Shown here in pieces: positions 16,477 to 23,479 of a stretch of 28,844 bases of DNA; position 1 is the first letter of the stretch; every line of letters starts with the position of its first letter. A program made the position numbers and the translations under genes. Source of the stretch: a virus; the IMG/VR virus record IMGVR_UViG_3300030118_001361, positions 1-28,844 of that record. One strand, written 5' to 3'. The notes under the pieces are model-generated. The model worked only from the letters and a program-made list of their open reading frames with translations. It searched no databases and had not been told where the DNA came from.

Positions 16477-17151
16477 ATGCGTGTTTCTAATGGTGGTGTA
16501 GTAAATAATGTTCTTGTTATTGGAGATTTACACGAACCTTTTTGCTTAGATAAATACCTAGAATTTTGTGTATCTAAATATGAACAATTTGATTGCACAG
16601 AAGTTGTATTTATAGGAGATATAATAGACAATCATTATTCAAGTTATCACGAAACAAATGCAGACGGAATGGGTGGAGCAGATGAATTAGAACTGTCTAT
16701 AAAACGTATTGCTAGATGGTATAAAGAATTTCCTATAGCAACTGTAATAATTGGAAATCACGACAGAATGATTTTTAGGAAAGGGCAAACGTCAGCAATA
16801 CCTAGTAAATGGATAAAAAGCTATAAAGAGGTTTTAGAAGTGCCTAATTGGAACTTTGTTGAAAGATACGTTAAAGATGGTGTTCAATTTTTACACGGAG
16901 AAAGTGGAACAGCCAAAACAAAGTGCAAAAGTGATATGATGAATACAGTACAAGGTCATTTACATACTCAAGCATATTGCGAACACTTTGTCGGTCAAAA
17001 TTTTAGAGTTTTTGGAATGCAGGTAGGTTGTGGTATAGATCACGAAAGTTACGCAATGGCTTATGCTAAATACGGAAAGAAACCTGCTATAGGTTGTGGA
17101 GTTGTTTTAAACAATGGTAAGTTACCTATAAATCTACTAATGGAATTATAA
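16477..17151 (+). CDS. Calcineurin-like metallophosphoesterase
   Basis: All canonical motifs occur in order: GDLHEP (DxH), GDIIDN (GDxxDR-like), GNHD, LHGE, GHLH. Confidence 0.8.
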   Translation: MRVSNGGVVNNVLVIGDLHEPFCLDKYLEFCVSKYEQFDCTEVVFIGDIIDNHYSSYHETNADGMGGADELELSIKRIARWYKEFPIATVIIGNHDRMIFRKGQTSAIPSKWIKSYKEVLEVPNWNFVERYVKDGVQFLHGESGTAKTKCKSDMMNTVQGHLHTQAYCEHFVGQNFRVFGMQVGCGIDHESYAMAYAKYGKKPAIGCGVVLNNGKLPINLLMEL

Positions 17152-17415
17152 AACAATACCTTTTAAAACTTCACGTTCTCTTATAAAGTTTTCATAATCT
17201 AAAGCAGATTGAATTAGATAGTATCTTTTAAATTTCTTAACATCTCCGTACATATTTTTTTTGCTTATATAAAAAGATTCTATTCTATAATCATCATTTT
17301 TTAAATCTCTTATTACACCCTGTAAATCTAATATTATAAGTTTTTGCATACATTCTAAAGTAGTTATGCTAAAATTATCCTGGAAATATTTTATTAATTG
17401 TTCTTTTTGTGTCAT
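17146..17415 (-). CDS. Winged-helix DNA-binding protein (small phage HTH type), last gene of the reverse operon
   Basis: MTQKEQLIKYFQDNFSITTLECMQKLIILDLQGVIRDLKNDDYRIES... matches by eye the 'ITTLEA...I..L..RI.DLK..GY.I' winged-helix family. Its stop overlaps the convergent + gene by 6 nt. Confidence 0.6.
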   Translation of the reverse strand: MTQKEQLIKYFQDNFSITTLECMQKLIILDLQGVIRDLKNDDYRIESFYISKKNMYGDVKKFKRYYLIQSALDYENFIREREVLKGIVL

Positions 17416-17423
17416 TTTATTTA

Positions 17424-17570
17424 TTAAATTACATTATTAATTTCTTCTTTTAAATCTTCAAAATATTCTGTATCACTAATTAAATATATAAGATACTGTA
17501 TGTCTTTTTTTGGATTTTTTGATTTATTCAAAATAAAATCTATGTATTTATTTATTTGTTTTTCGTTCAT
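17424..17570 (-). CDS. Small hypothetical protein (48 aa, not in the ORF track)
   Basis: MNEKQINKYIDFILNKSKNPKKDIQYLIYLISDTEYFEDLKEEINNVI. It overlaps the 3' end of the upstream gene by 23 nt. Confidence 0.35.
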   Translation of the reverse strand: MNEKQINKYIDFILNKSKNPKKDIQYLIYLISDTEYFEDLKEEINNVI

Positions 17571-17769
17571 TACTTAATTCTATTATTATGTTATAAAAGT
17601 ATTTATAGTATTTGTCAAAATCTAACTGAGCCTCTTTAGTATATTTAAAACTTCTATATTCATCATAGTTGTTTATAGTATATTCTTTATTAAGATCAGT
17701 ATATTTTTTTTCTACTTTTTTGTGTGCTAAAGCTATTGCTAAAGTATCTGCATTTATATTTATGTTCAT
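17548..17769 (-). CDS. Hypothetical protein (73 aa)
   Basis: ATG ORF whose start overlaps the stop of the upstream 38-aa ORF (ATGA). Confidence 0.5.
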   Translation of the reverse strand: MNININADTLAIALAHKKVEKKYTDLNKEYTINNYDEYRSFKYTKEAQLDFDKYYKYFYNIIIELSNERKTNK

Positions 17770-17882
17770 TGTTCTAGTTTTATTGGTTCACAAATTTCTC
17801 CGCAATCAGAACATCTTTGACTATCTGAATTGCTAGGAGCATTACAACAATCTGAATATATATCTAATATTTGTTTTTCCAT
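17766..17882 (-). CDS. Small Cys-rich (zinc-ribbon-like) protein, 38 aa
   Basis: MEKQILDIYSDCCNAPSNSDSQRCSDCGEICEPIKLEQ, with CC...CxxCxxxC. ATGA couples it to the next gene. Confidence 0.4.
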   Translation of the reverse strand: MEKQILDIYSDCCNAPSNSDSQRCSDCGEICEPIKLEQ

Positions 17883-17884
17883 AA

Positions 17885-17965
17885 TTAAGATTTTAGTTTT
17901 CTGTTTTTAGAATATTCGCACAAATGACAAATAGCTAAAAATATTGTTATTATTATTATTTCCAT
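17885..17965 (-). CDS. Tiny hydrophobic peptide, 26 aa
   Basis: MEIIIITIFLAICHLCEYSKNRKLKS. Its ATG shares a base with the upstream TAA (TAATG). Confidence 0.25.
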   Translation of the reverse strand: MEIIIITIFLAICHLCEYSKNRKLKS

Positions 17966-18114
17966 TACTTTTTGTTTTTATATTCTACTTTAATTGGTTT
18001 TCTTTTAAAATATTCATTGTTAGATATTTTATCTATATTGTCAAGAATATTATTAATGTTCTTCTCCCATTCTGGGAAAGTTTGCTCTGTCATTATTTTG
18101 TTTTTTGTTTTCAT
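17965..18114 (-). CDS. Small hypothetical protein, first gene of the reverse operon (49 aa, or 42 aa if it starts at the second ATG, 18093)
   Basis: MKTKNKIMTEQTFPEWEKNINNILDNIDKISNNEYFKRKPIKVEYKNKK. It lies directly downstream of a TTTG-N16-TATATTTG motif on the - strand. Confidence 0.35.
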   Translation of the reverse strand: MKTKNKIMTEQTFPEWEKNINNILDNIDKISNNEYFKRKPIKVEYKNKK

Positions 18115-18118
18115 AATA

Positions 18119-18146
18119 CAAATATATATAAAATAAATTTAACAAA
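18119..18146 (-). promoter_or_regulatory. Bacteroidota-type promoter candidate for the reverse operon (TTTG-N16-TATATTTG on the - strand)
   Basis: CAAATATA at 18119-18126 and CAAA at 18143-18146 on the + strand are TATATTTG and TTTG on the - strand. This matches the TAnnTTTG -7 consensus, though the spacer is shorter than the one I recall as optimal. Confidence 0.4.
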
Positions 18147-18186
18147 ATAAATAAATACTTTATACTTTATTAACAATTTTTATGTT

Positions 18187-18214
18187 AATATCTTTTTATT
18201 TTTGTAAAGATATT
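18187..18214. promoter_or_regulatory. Perfect 9-bp inverted repeat AATATCTTT-N10-AAAGATATT, a candidate operator
   Basis: 18187-18195 is the reverse complement of 18206-18214. The repeat overlaps the -33 TTTG of the rightward promoter candidate. Confidence 0.45.
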
Positions 18215-18227
18215 TTAACTATATTTG
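18201..18227 (+). promoter_or_regulatory. Bacteroidota-type promoter candidate for the rightward early operon (TTTG-N15-TATATTTG)
   Basis: TTTG at 18201-18204 and TATATTTG at 18220-18227, 15 nt upstream of the ATG at 18243. Confidence 0.4.
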
Positions 18228-18242
18228 ATAAAATTATTTTAT

Positions 18243-18467
18243 ATGAGATTTACACAATTTAAAGCACAAGATGAAGTAAGAGAAACTTTGATCTTAGAGA
18301 TGATGAAAAATAAAGTAAGAAAAAATCACTTAGCAAAAGAACTAAATTTGTCATATCCGACAATGCTTTCTAAACTAGAGCAACCTTTTAGCTTTAAAGT
18401 AAGTGAACTTTTATTACTTTGTGAAATTGTCAAACTTGATATTAACGAATTATTAATTAAATACTAA
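18243..18467 (+). CDS. Cro/CI-like helix-turn-helix regulator (74 aa from the ATG at 18243; the ORF track used a TTG at 18225)
   Basis: RKNHLAKELNLSYPTMLSKLEQP is a classic HTH. It is the first gene after the divergent promoter region. Confidence 0.6.
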   Translation: MRFTQFKAQDEVRETLILEMMKNKVRKNHLAKELNLSYPTMLSKLEQPFSFKVSELLLLCEIVKLDINELLIKY

Positions 18468-18471
18468 AAAA

Positions 18472-18879
18472 ATGGAAACAAGAAAATCAACAATAACAGA
18501 ATTAAATTTACAGTCAGAAAAATTTAACGATATGTTTATATTTACTATATGTTTTGAAAATGGAGATATAGGAAAATTATACAAAAGAAAAGATAAAACT
18601 TATGAGCAAGTCGGAGATGAGGTAGAATATACTTTAAGTCCTAAAGGAACTGTTAAAATAGCTTTTAAAGGCGAAAGTAAATTTAATGATAATAATAACA
18701 AGCCAAGCTACTCTAATAATAACAATGATGCTAGAGAAGATATTAGGTTTAGCGTTGCTTTTAAAGGAGCAATAGAATTAGCTAGTGCAGGTAAAATAGG
18801 AATAGATGAAGTAGAAAAATTTACTGTTATGTATGACGATTTTTTAAAAGATAAGAAGTCAGTTGAGATGCCTTTTTAA
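18472..18879 (+). CDS. Hypothetical early protein with an Asn-rich linker and an SSB-like C-terminal tip (...SVEMPF)
   Basis: Clean ORF whose C-terminus ends in hydrophobic-Pro-Phe, like the bacterial SSB tail (DDDIPF). No OB-fold could be verified by eye. Confidence 0.35.
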   Translation: METRKSTITELNLQSEKFNDMFIFTICFENGDIGKLYKRKDKTYEQVGDEVEYTLSPKGTVKIAFKGESKFNDNNNKPSYSNNNNDAREDIRFSVAFKGAIELASAGKIGIDEVEKFTVMYDDFLKDKKSVEMPF

Positions 18880-18947
18880 CGAAGCATTGTTAATAACTAA
18901 CAATATATTTTAATAAAATGTAAATAATTTTTATATAATTTAGAACA

Positions 18948-19736
18948 ATGAAAAAATCAATACTAGCTACTACTCCTTTTTTAATTATCAATAAGTGTTT
19001 GCTTGTTAATTTAGGTGTAGATGCTAGTTTGGTTTTATCTGACCTAATACAAAAAGAACAATATTTTAAAGAAAGCTGTCAAAAATATGATGGCTTTTTT
19101 TTTAATGTAACTAATGATATATCCTGTAGCACTACTCTATCTTATTATCAAATTAAACAAGCAATCTCCGTCCTGGAGAAGTGGGGCATAATTAAAGTAG
19201 TGCTAAAGGGTGTACCTGCTAAAAAGCATTTTAAGATAGATCATTCACAGATATTAAATTTTTTAACATCTAGTATTGAAAAAACTGAAGAACTAGATTG
19301 TAAGAATTTTAATAACAAGATGTTAAATAATTCTAACTCTATTAATAATAATAAAGAAATAATAATTAAAAATAAGAAAGTATATACACGCAAAGAAAAG
19401 TTTATAAATGAGATTAAAGAATTAGAACCTAAAGAACATATAGAAGATTTTGTGGATTATTGGACGGAAGAAAATAATGCAGGTAAGCAAAGATTTGAAC
19501 TTGAACGCACTTGGTCAACATCGTTAAGGTACAAACGATGGTGTCGTAACCAAAAAAACTTTAGTAAAGGAAGTAGTGCAAATAATATGCCTGACTTTTT
19601 AGATAGTGCATATTTGAATAGAATTAAAGATGATCAAGCACAGATTAATAAATATTATAATTATCTATGTTCTTCCTGCGGATATGAAAAATACGAAACA
19701 GTTACAGGATATATAAAATACAGGAAGAAAAGATGA
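18948..19736 (+). CDS. Replication-initiator / replisome-organiser-like protein (N-terminal winged helix)
   Basis: The N-terminus (LLVNLGVDASLVLSDLIQKEQYF...FFFNVTNDISCSTTLSYYQIKQAISVLEKWGIIKV) resembles DnaD / phage replisome-organiser winged-helix domains. An Asn-rich linker follows, then the C-terminal motif DFVDYWTEENNAGKQRFELERTWSTSLRYKRWCRNQ. Confidence 0.45.
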   Translation: MKKSILATTPFLIINKCLLVNLGVDASLVLSDLIQKEQYFKESCQKYDGFFFNVTNDISCSTTLSYYQIKQAISVLEKWGIIKVVLKGVPAKKHFKIDHSQILNFLTSSIEKTEELDCKNFNNKMLNNSNSINNNKEIIIKNKKVYTRKEKFINEIKELEPKEHIEDFVDYWTEENNAGKQRFELERTWSTSLRYKRWCRNQKNFSKGSSANNMPDFLDSAYLNRIKDDQAQINKYYNYLCSSCGYEKYETVTGYIKYRKKR

Positions 19737-19876
19737 TGTTTATTACTTTAATTAGGAATGGTATAGTATTTGGTGTAAGACACTTTGCACCTGATGAAGT
19801 AAGAACGTACTGGGAAATACATATTTATTTAGCAATTTTTCAAATTAACATATTTATAATAAATGATAGAGATTAG
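19733..19876 (+). CDS. Small hypothetical protein (47 aa)
   Basis: MMFITLIRNGIVFGVRHFAPDEVRTYWEIHIYLAIFQINIFIINDRD. Its ATG overlaps the upstream TGA. Confidence 0.3.
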   Translation: MMFITLIRNGIVFGVRHFAPDEVRTYWEIHIYLAIFQINIFIINDRD

Positions 19877-19961
19877 CAATTTAGGTTTAGTAGCATTAAT
19901 ATTTGCAGTATTTACATTAGGGTTTTTTACTGCATTATACATACAAAGTCAAATAAAATGA
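19863..19961 (+). CDS. Small single-TM peptide (32 aa)
   Basis: MIEISNLGLVALIFAVFTLGFFTALYIQSQIK. ATGA couples it to the VRR-NUC gene, and ATATTTATAA lies 3 nt upstream of its ATG. Confidence 0.3.
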   Translation: MIEISNLGLVALIFAVFTLGFFTALYIQSQIK

Positions 19962-20302
19962 AAGAACAGGACTTACACAATAGTATAGTAGATTATTTAA
20001 ACTATTATCCTCATATACTTTGGACTTCTACTTTAGGCGGTGTTTATTTAGGTAAGGGTAACTATAAGCAAAAAGCATTAGTAAAAAAGCATTATAAAAA
20101 AGGTGTGCCTGATATACTAATATTTGAACCTAATTTAAAGCATAATGGTTTAATGGTTGAGCTGAAAGTTAAATACAATAAGCCTAGTAAAGATCAAAAA
20201 CTATGGTTAGCTAATTTAACTGCTAGAGGTTATAAAGCGGTTGTTTGTTATTCACTAGAAGAATTTATAGAAATATTTACTAATTATACTAAAACTTTAT
20301 AA
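19958..20302 (+). CDS. VRR-NUC domain nuclease (PD-(D/E)xK)
   Basis: GVPDILIF...GLMVELKV...SKDQKLWL matches the VRR-NUC signature (PD...E-x-K...Q..W). Confidence 0.7.
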   Translation: MKEQDLHNSIVDYLNYYPHILWTSTLGGVYLGKGNYKQKALVKKHYKKGVPDILIFEPNLKHNGLMVELKVKYNKPSKDQKLWLANLTARGYKAVVCYSLEEFIEIFTNYTKTL

Positions 20303-20952
20303 TGTTTAAAAAAAACAATCTTAAAATAATAAATGCAGATTGCATGGATATAATGAAAGGTTATGAAGATGATTATTTTGATTTAGCTATAATAGATCCA
20401 CCTTATGGTATTAATAAAAAAATAAAAATTGGTAGTGGTATGATGAAAAACTACACTAATAAAACAAAAAATATTAGTTGGGATAATTCTATACCTGATG
20501 AATCGTATTTTAAAGAACTTTTCAGAATAAGTAAAAATCAAATTATATGGGGTGGTAATTATATGATTAAGCACTTATATAATACAAGCTGTTTTTTAAT
20601 ATGGGACAAACAAAACGGAACAAATAATATGGCTGATGCAGAGATAGCCTGGACATCATTTGTTTCATCAATTAGAATATATAGAGGTCATATTTTTAAA
20701 GGAATAGGTTGCACAAAATATAAACCTATTCACCCTACTCAGAAACCAATTAAATTATATGATTGGATTTTAAAAAAATATGCAAAAAAAACAGATAAAA
20801 TATTAGATACTCATTTAGGAAGTGGCTCTAGTGCTATATCTAGTTTTTATTATGGTTGCAAAGAATTTGTAGGAATTGAAATAAATACAGAATATTACAA
20901 TAAAAGTATAAAAAGAATACAACAAGAAACAGTACAAATTAAATTATTATGA
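20302..20952 (+). CDS. DNA methyltransferase, beta-class N6A/N4C (DPPY first, then the AdoMet motif)
   Basis: INADCMDIM...LAIIDPPYGI (DPPY at 20395-20406) ...HPTQKPIKLYDWILKKY...ILDTHLGSGSSAIS. Confidence 0.85.
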   Translation: MFKKNNLKIINADCMDIMKGYEDDYFDLAIIDPPYGINKKIKIGSGMMKNYTNKTKNISWDNSIPDESYFKELFRISKNQIIWGGNYMIKHLYNTSCFLIWDKQNGTNNMADAEIAWTSFVSSIRIYRGHIFKGIGCTKYKPIHPTQKPIKLYDWILKKYAKKTDKILDTHLGSGSSAISSFYYGCKEFVGIEINTEYYNKSIKRIQQETVQIKLL

Positions 20953-21236
20953 GAAAGAAACACAGTCCACCAAAAAATATAAGAACAAAAGATGGTAGAG
21001 AAAACTTTAGATATTTTTTATTTGAAGTAGATAGAGGTATAACAAATGAAGTTTACATACATAAAGAAACACAAACTATATTTGATGAAGATGAATACAT
21101 ACTAAACAAGATTGATTTTATACAAGATCAATACAAACAAATGGTAGTAGTAGAAATTAGTCCTTTAGGAAAGTGGGAATACAACGCTTTAAAAAATACT
21201 GGTGTAAAATTATTTTCTGACTTGTGGATAAACTAA
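20949..21236 (+). CDS. Hypothetical protein (95 aa)
   Basis: Clean ORF with an ATGA overlap to the methyltransferase stop. Confidence 0.5.
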   Translation: MRKKHSPPKNIRTKDGRENFRYFLFEVDRGITNEVYIHKETQTIFDEDEYILNKIDFIQDQYKQMVVVEISPLGKWEYNALKNTGVKLFSDLWIN

Positions 21237-21745
21237 ATGAATATTTAGATAAAAGTTATCAGAATTTGCTAGATATAAGTAAAAGAATAACTAGCAATAG
21301 ACACCCTGATTATGAAGATTTGCTACACGAAACAATTATAGCTTTATATAATGCAGATGAAAATAAAATTAAAGATATAATAAAACAAAAAAAGCTAACA
21401 TTTTACATAGTTAGAATAATGTTAAATCAATATCAGAGTAGCACAAGTCCGTATTATAAAAAGTATAGAAAACAATATAATGAAAAACAATTAAAAGAAT
21501 TTTATATTTATACTAAAGCACCTTTAACAAAAGAGAAGATTAAACAGTTAGAGGAACAAGAAGATAGATTACAATGGATAGAAGAAAAATTAAAACATTT
21601 AAGTTGGTTTGATGTTGAGGTATTTAAGATATACTATAAAGAAAATTATAGTCTAAATACGATGAGTAAAGCAACAAAAATTAACAGAAGTACATTAGGA
21701 AAGTCAATTAGGTATATAAAGAATTATTTAAAAAGTTTAAAATGA
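21224..21745 (+). CDS. Sigma-70/ECF-like transcription factor candidate (GTG start)
   Basis: A region-2-like segment (DYEDLLHETIIALYNA...FYIVRIMLNQY) and a region-4-like HTH (YSLNTMSKATKINRSTLGKSIRYIKNYL). There is no in-frame ATG near the 5' end, so GTG at 21224 is the only conventional start. Confidence 0.45.
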   Translation: MDKLNEYLDKSYQNLLDISKRITSNRHPDYEDLLHETIIALYNADENKIKDIIKQKKLTFYIVRIMLNQYQSSTSPYYKKYRKQYNEKQLKEFYIYTKAPLTKEKIKQLEEQEDRLQWIEEKLKHLSWFDVEVFKIYYKENYSLNTMSKATKINRSTLGKSIRYIKNYLKSLK

Positions 21746-21861
21746 TAGAATTTGTAAAACACTTTTTAGGATTGTGTGGAGAGCCTCATTTAAACATATT
21801 TACAATAATGATGAGTACACCTATAATTAGTTACATAATATATAAATTTATAAAGTTATGA
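21742..21861 (+). CDS. Small hypothetical protein (39 aa)
   Basis: MIEFVKHFLGLCGEPHLNIFTIMMSTPIISYIIYKFIKL, with ATGA overlaps at both ends. Confidence 0.35.
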   Translation: MIEFVKHFLGLCGEPHLNIFTIMMSTPIISYIIYKFIKL

Positions 21862-22223
21862 CAAAATCAAAAGGAATCGGAGATGATATTGCAAAATTTA
21901 CTAAAGCAACTGGAATAGATAAATTAGCTAAAAAAGTATTAGGAGATGACTGTGGTTGTGAAGAACGCAGACAAAAACTAAATCAAATGTTTCCACACTT
22001 TAAGAACATTAGACAGTTTACAGAAGATGAGATAAAGATATATGATGAAGTAATGCCTGTAATAGAAAAAAGCCAAAGAATAACAAAAGATGAAAAAGTT
22101 ATTGTTAATGCTTTGTATAAAGGTGTATTTGGTAATAATCCAACCTGGAAATCTTGTAGTCCGTGTAACAAACAAATAATAGATAACCTGAAAAAGGTAT
22201 ATAAAAAGTCTTGTAAAGTATGA
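21858..22223 (+). CDS. Hypothetical protein with paired Cys motifs (CGC...CSPC)
   Basis: The clean ORF GIGDDIAKFTKATGIDKLAKKVLGDDCGCEERRQKLNQMFP resembles a conserved small marine-phage protein (from memory, unverified). Confidence 0.5.
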   Translation: MTKSKGIGDDIAKFTKATGIDKLAKKVLGDDCGCEERRQKLNQMFPHFKNIRQFTEDEIKIYDEVMPVIEKSQRITKDEKVIVNALYKGVFGNNPTWKSCSPCNKQIIDNLKKVYKKSCKV

Positions 22224-22738
22224 AAATAAATAGAATATGGTCAATGCCTAATAAATGGACTTTTAAAATTAAACCAATTAACGACTTAATAAATAAATAT
22301 GGTGGAGATTTTAAAAATTGGATTGATCCATTTGCAGGAATGAACTCTCCTGCTGAAATAACGAACGATTTAAACCCTAAAAGTTGTGCTAAATATAATA
22401 TGAAAGCGTTAGATTTTTCCAAAATGCTAAATGGAAAATATTCAGGCGTTTTATTTGATCCCCCATATTCAGGCAGACAGGTTAAAGAATGTTATAATGA
22501 CTTGGGAATTGATGTTTTAAGAGATGATACAAACGCTTTTTTTTATTGTAGCGTAAAAAGGGAATTAAGCAAAAAAATAAAATTAGGCGGATATGCTTTA
22601 AGTTTTGGATGGAATAGTAATGGTTTTGGCAAAAAGCATGGTTTTGAAATAATAGAAGTTTTGTTAGTCGCGCATGGTTCAGCACACAACGACACGATAT
22701 GCACAGTAGAAAAAAAAGTATATAAAGAAATCTTTTAA
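22220..22738 (+). CDS. Compact (172 aa) DNA methyltransferase-like protein, gamma-type motif order (DPFAG then DPPY)
   Basis: WIDPFAGMNSP (AdoMet motif I-like) is followed by VLFDPPYSGRQ (DPPY at 22457-22468). Confidence 0.6.
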   Translation: MKINRIWSMPNKWTFKIKPINDLINKYGGDFKNWIDPFAGMNSPAEITNDLNPKSCAKYNMKALDFSKMLNGKYSGVLFDPPYSGRQVKECYNDLGIDVLRDDTNAFFYCSVKRELSKKIKLGGYALSFGWNSNGFGKKHGFEIIEVLLVAHGSAHNDTICTVEKKVYKEIF

Positions 22739-22741
22739 GAT

Positions 22742-22993
22742 ATGAAAAAGCACGTTAAAATATATATGGATTATCACGATTACGTTTTAGATGATGTAAT
22801 TTTATGTTCTGCTTGTGGTGCAGTTGCAGTTGACATTCATCATATTTCAGGACGTGGAATTGGTGGATCAAAGAATAAAGACTTTATAGAAAACCTTATA
22901 GCTTTATGTAGAAGATGTCATATAAAAGCAGAAACAGATAAAAAATTTAACAATCAGCTAAAAGAATTAAATAAAAAAAAGCATAGCAAATGA
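22742..22993 (+). CDS. HNH endonuclease
   Basis: CSACG...DIHHISGRG...NLIALCRRCH, a Cys4-framed H-N-H motif. Confidence 0.7.
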   Translation: MKKHVKIYMDYHDYVLDDVILCSACGAVAVDIHHISGRGIGGSKNKDFIENLIALCRRCHIKAETDKKFNNQLKELNKKKHSK

Positions 22994-23469
22994 AAATAGA
23001 AAAAGTTAAAATAGCAGAATTAAACCCAGCAGAGTATAACCCTAGAAGAATGACTAATAAACAATATGAGGATTTAAAAAACTCATTAGAAAAGTTTGGT
23101 CTAGTTGACCCTATAATAATAAACTCAGATAATACAGTTGTTGGTGGTCATCAACGTTTACGAATAATTAGGGAATTAGGAGCGGAATATGTACCTACAG
23201 TAAGAGTTAATCTATCTAAAGAAGATGAGAAAGAATTGAACATAAGGCTAAACAAAAATACTGCTGAATGGGATATGGATATGCTATGTAACTTTGATAT
23301 AGATGACTTACTAGATTGGGGTTTTAAGCATATAGAATTAGGTTTTAACATAGACAAAATAGAAGAAGATAAGCCAACAACAGTAACAGTAAAAGAGAAA
23401 GACATAAAACTAGCTAATAAATTATATGAAGATTTAAAGGCAAAAGGATATAAAGTAACTATAAAATAA
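22990..23469 (+). CDS. ParB N-terminal (ParB/Srx) nuclease-like domain protein
   Basis: IAELNPAEYNPRRMTNKQYEDLKNSLEKFGLVDPIIIN...VVGGHQRLRIIRELG. Confidence 0.7.
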   Translation: MKIEKVKIAELNPAEYNPRRMTNKQYEDLKNSLEKFGLVDPIIINSDNTVVGGHQRLRIIRELGAEYVPTVRVNLSKEDEKELNIRLNKNTAEWDMDMLCNFDIDDLLDWGFKHIELGFNIDKIEEDKPTTVTVKEKDIKLANKLYEDLKAKGYKVTIK

Positions 23470-23479
23470 ATTTAATAAA

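Noticed and set aside
17944-18150. A + strand 68-aa ORF (TTG start) in the early control region
   Set aside because: It is a poly-Phe/Leu translation of T-rich DNA. The opposite strand gives a chain of charged small proteins with ATGA/TAATG coupling, which is more gene-like.
18887-18903. The hairpin TTGTTA-ATAAC-TAACAA after the 18472..18879 gene, as a possible terminator or origin element
   Set aside because: It has only a 6-bp all-weak A/T-rich stem and no following T-tract. Such hairpins are expected by chance in DNA this AT-rich.
19300-19390. The AT-rich, Asn-coding linker inside the initiator-like gene, as a lambda-O-style internal origin
   Set aside because: I could not find iterons or repeated boxes there. 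It is only low-complexity AAT/AAA codons.
20383-22685. Antisense or embedded ORFs in the early/DNA-modification region (20383..20574 -, 21978..22244 -, 21983..22171 -, 22105..22422 -, 22482..22685 -)
   Set aside because: They lie opposite genes with clear catalytic motifs (DPPY and others), have Ile/Phe/Tyr-rich AT-driven translations, and have no independent start context.
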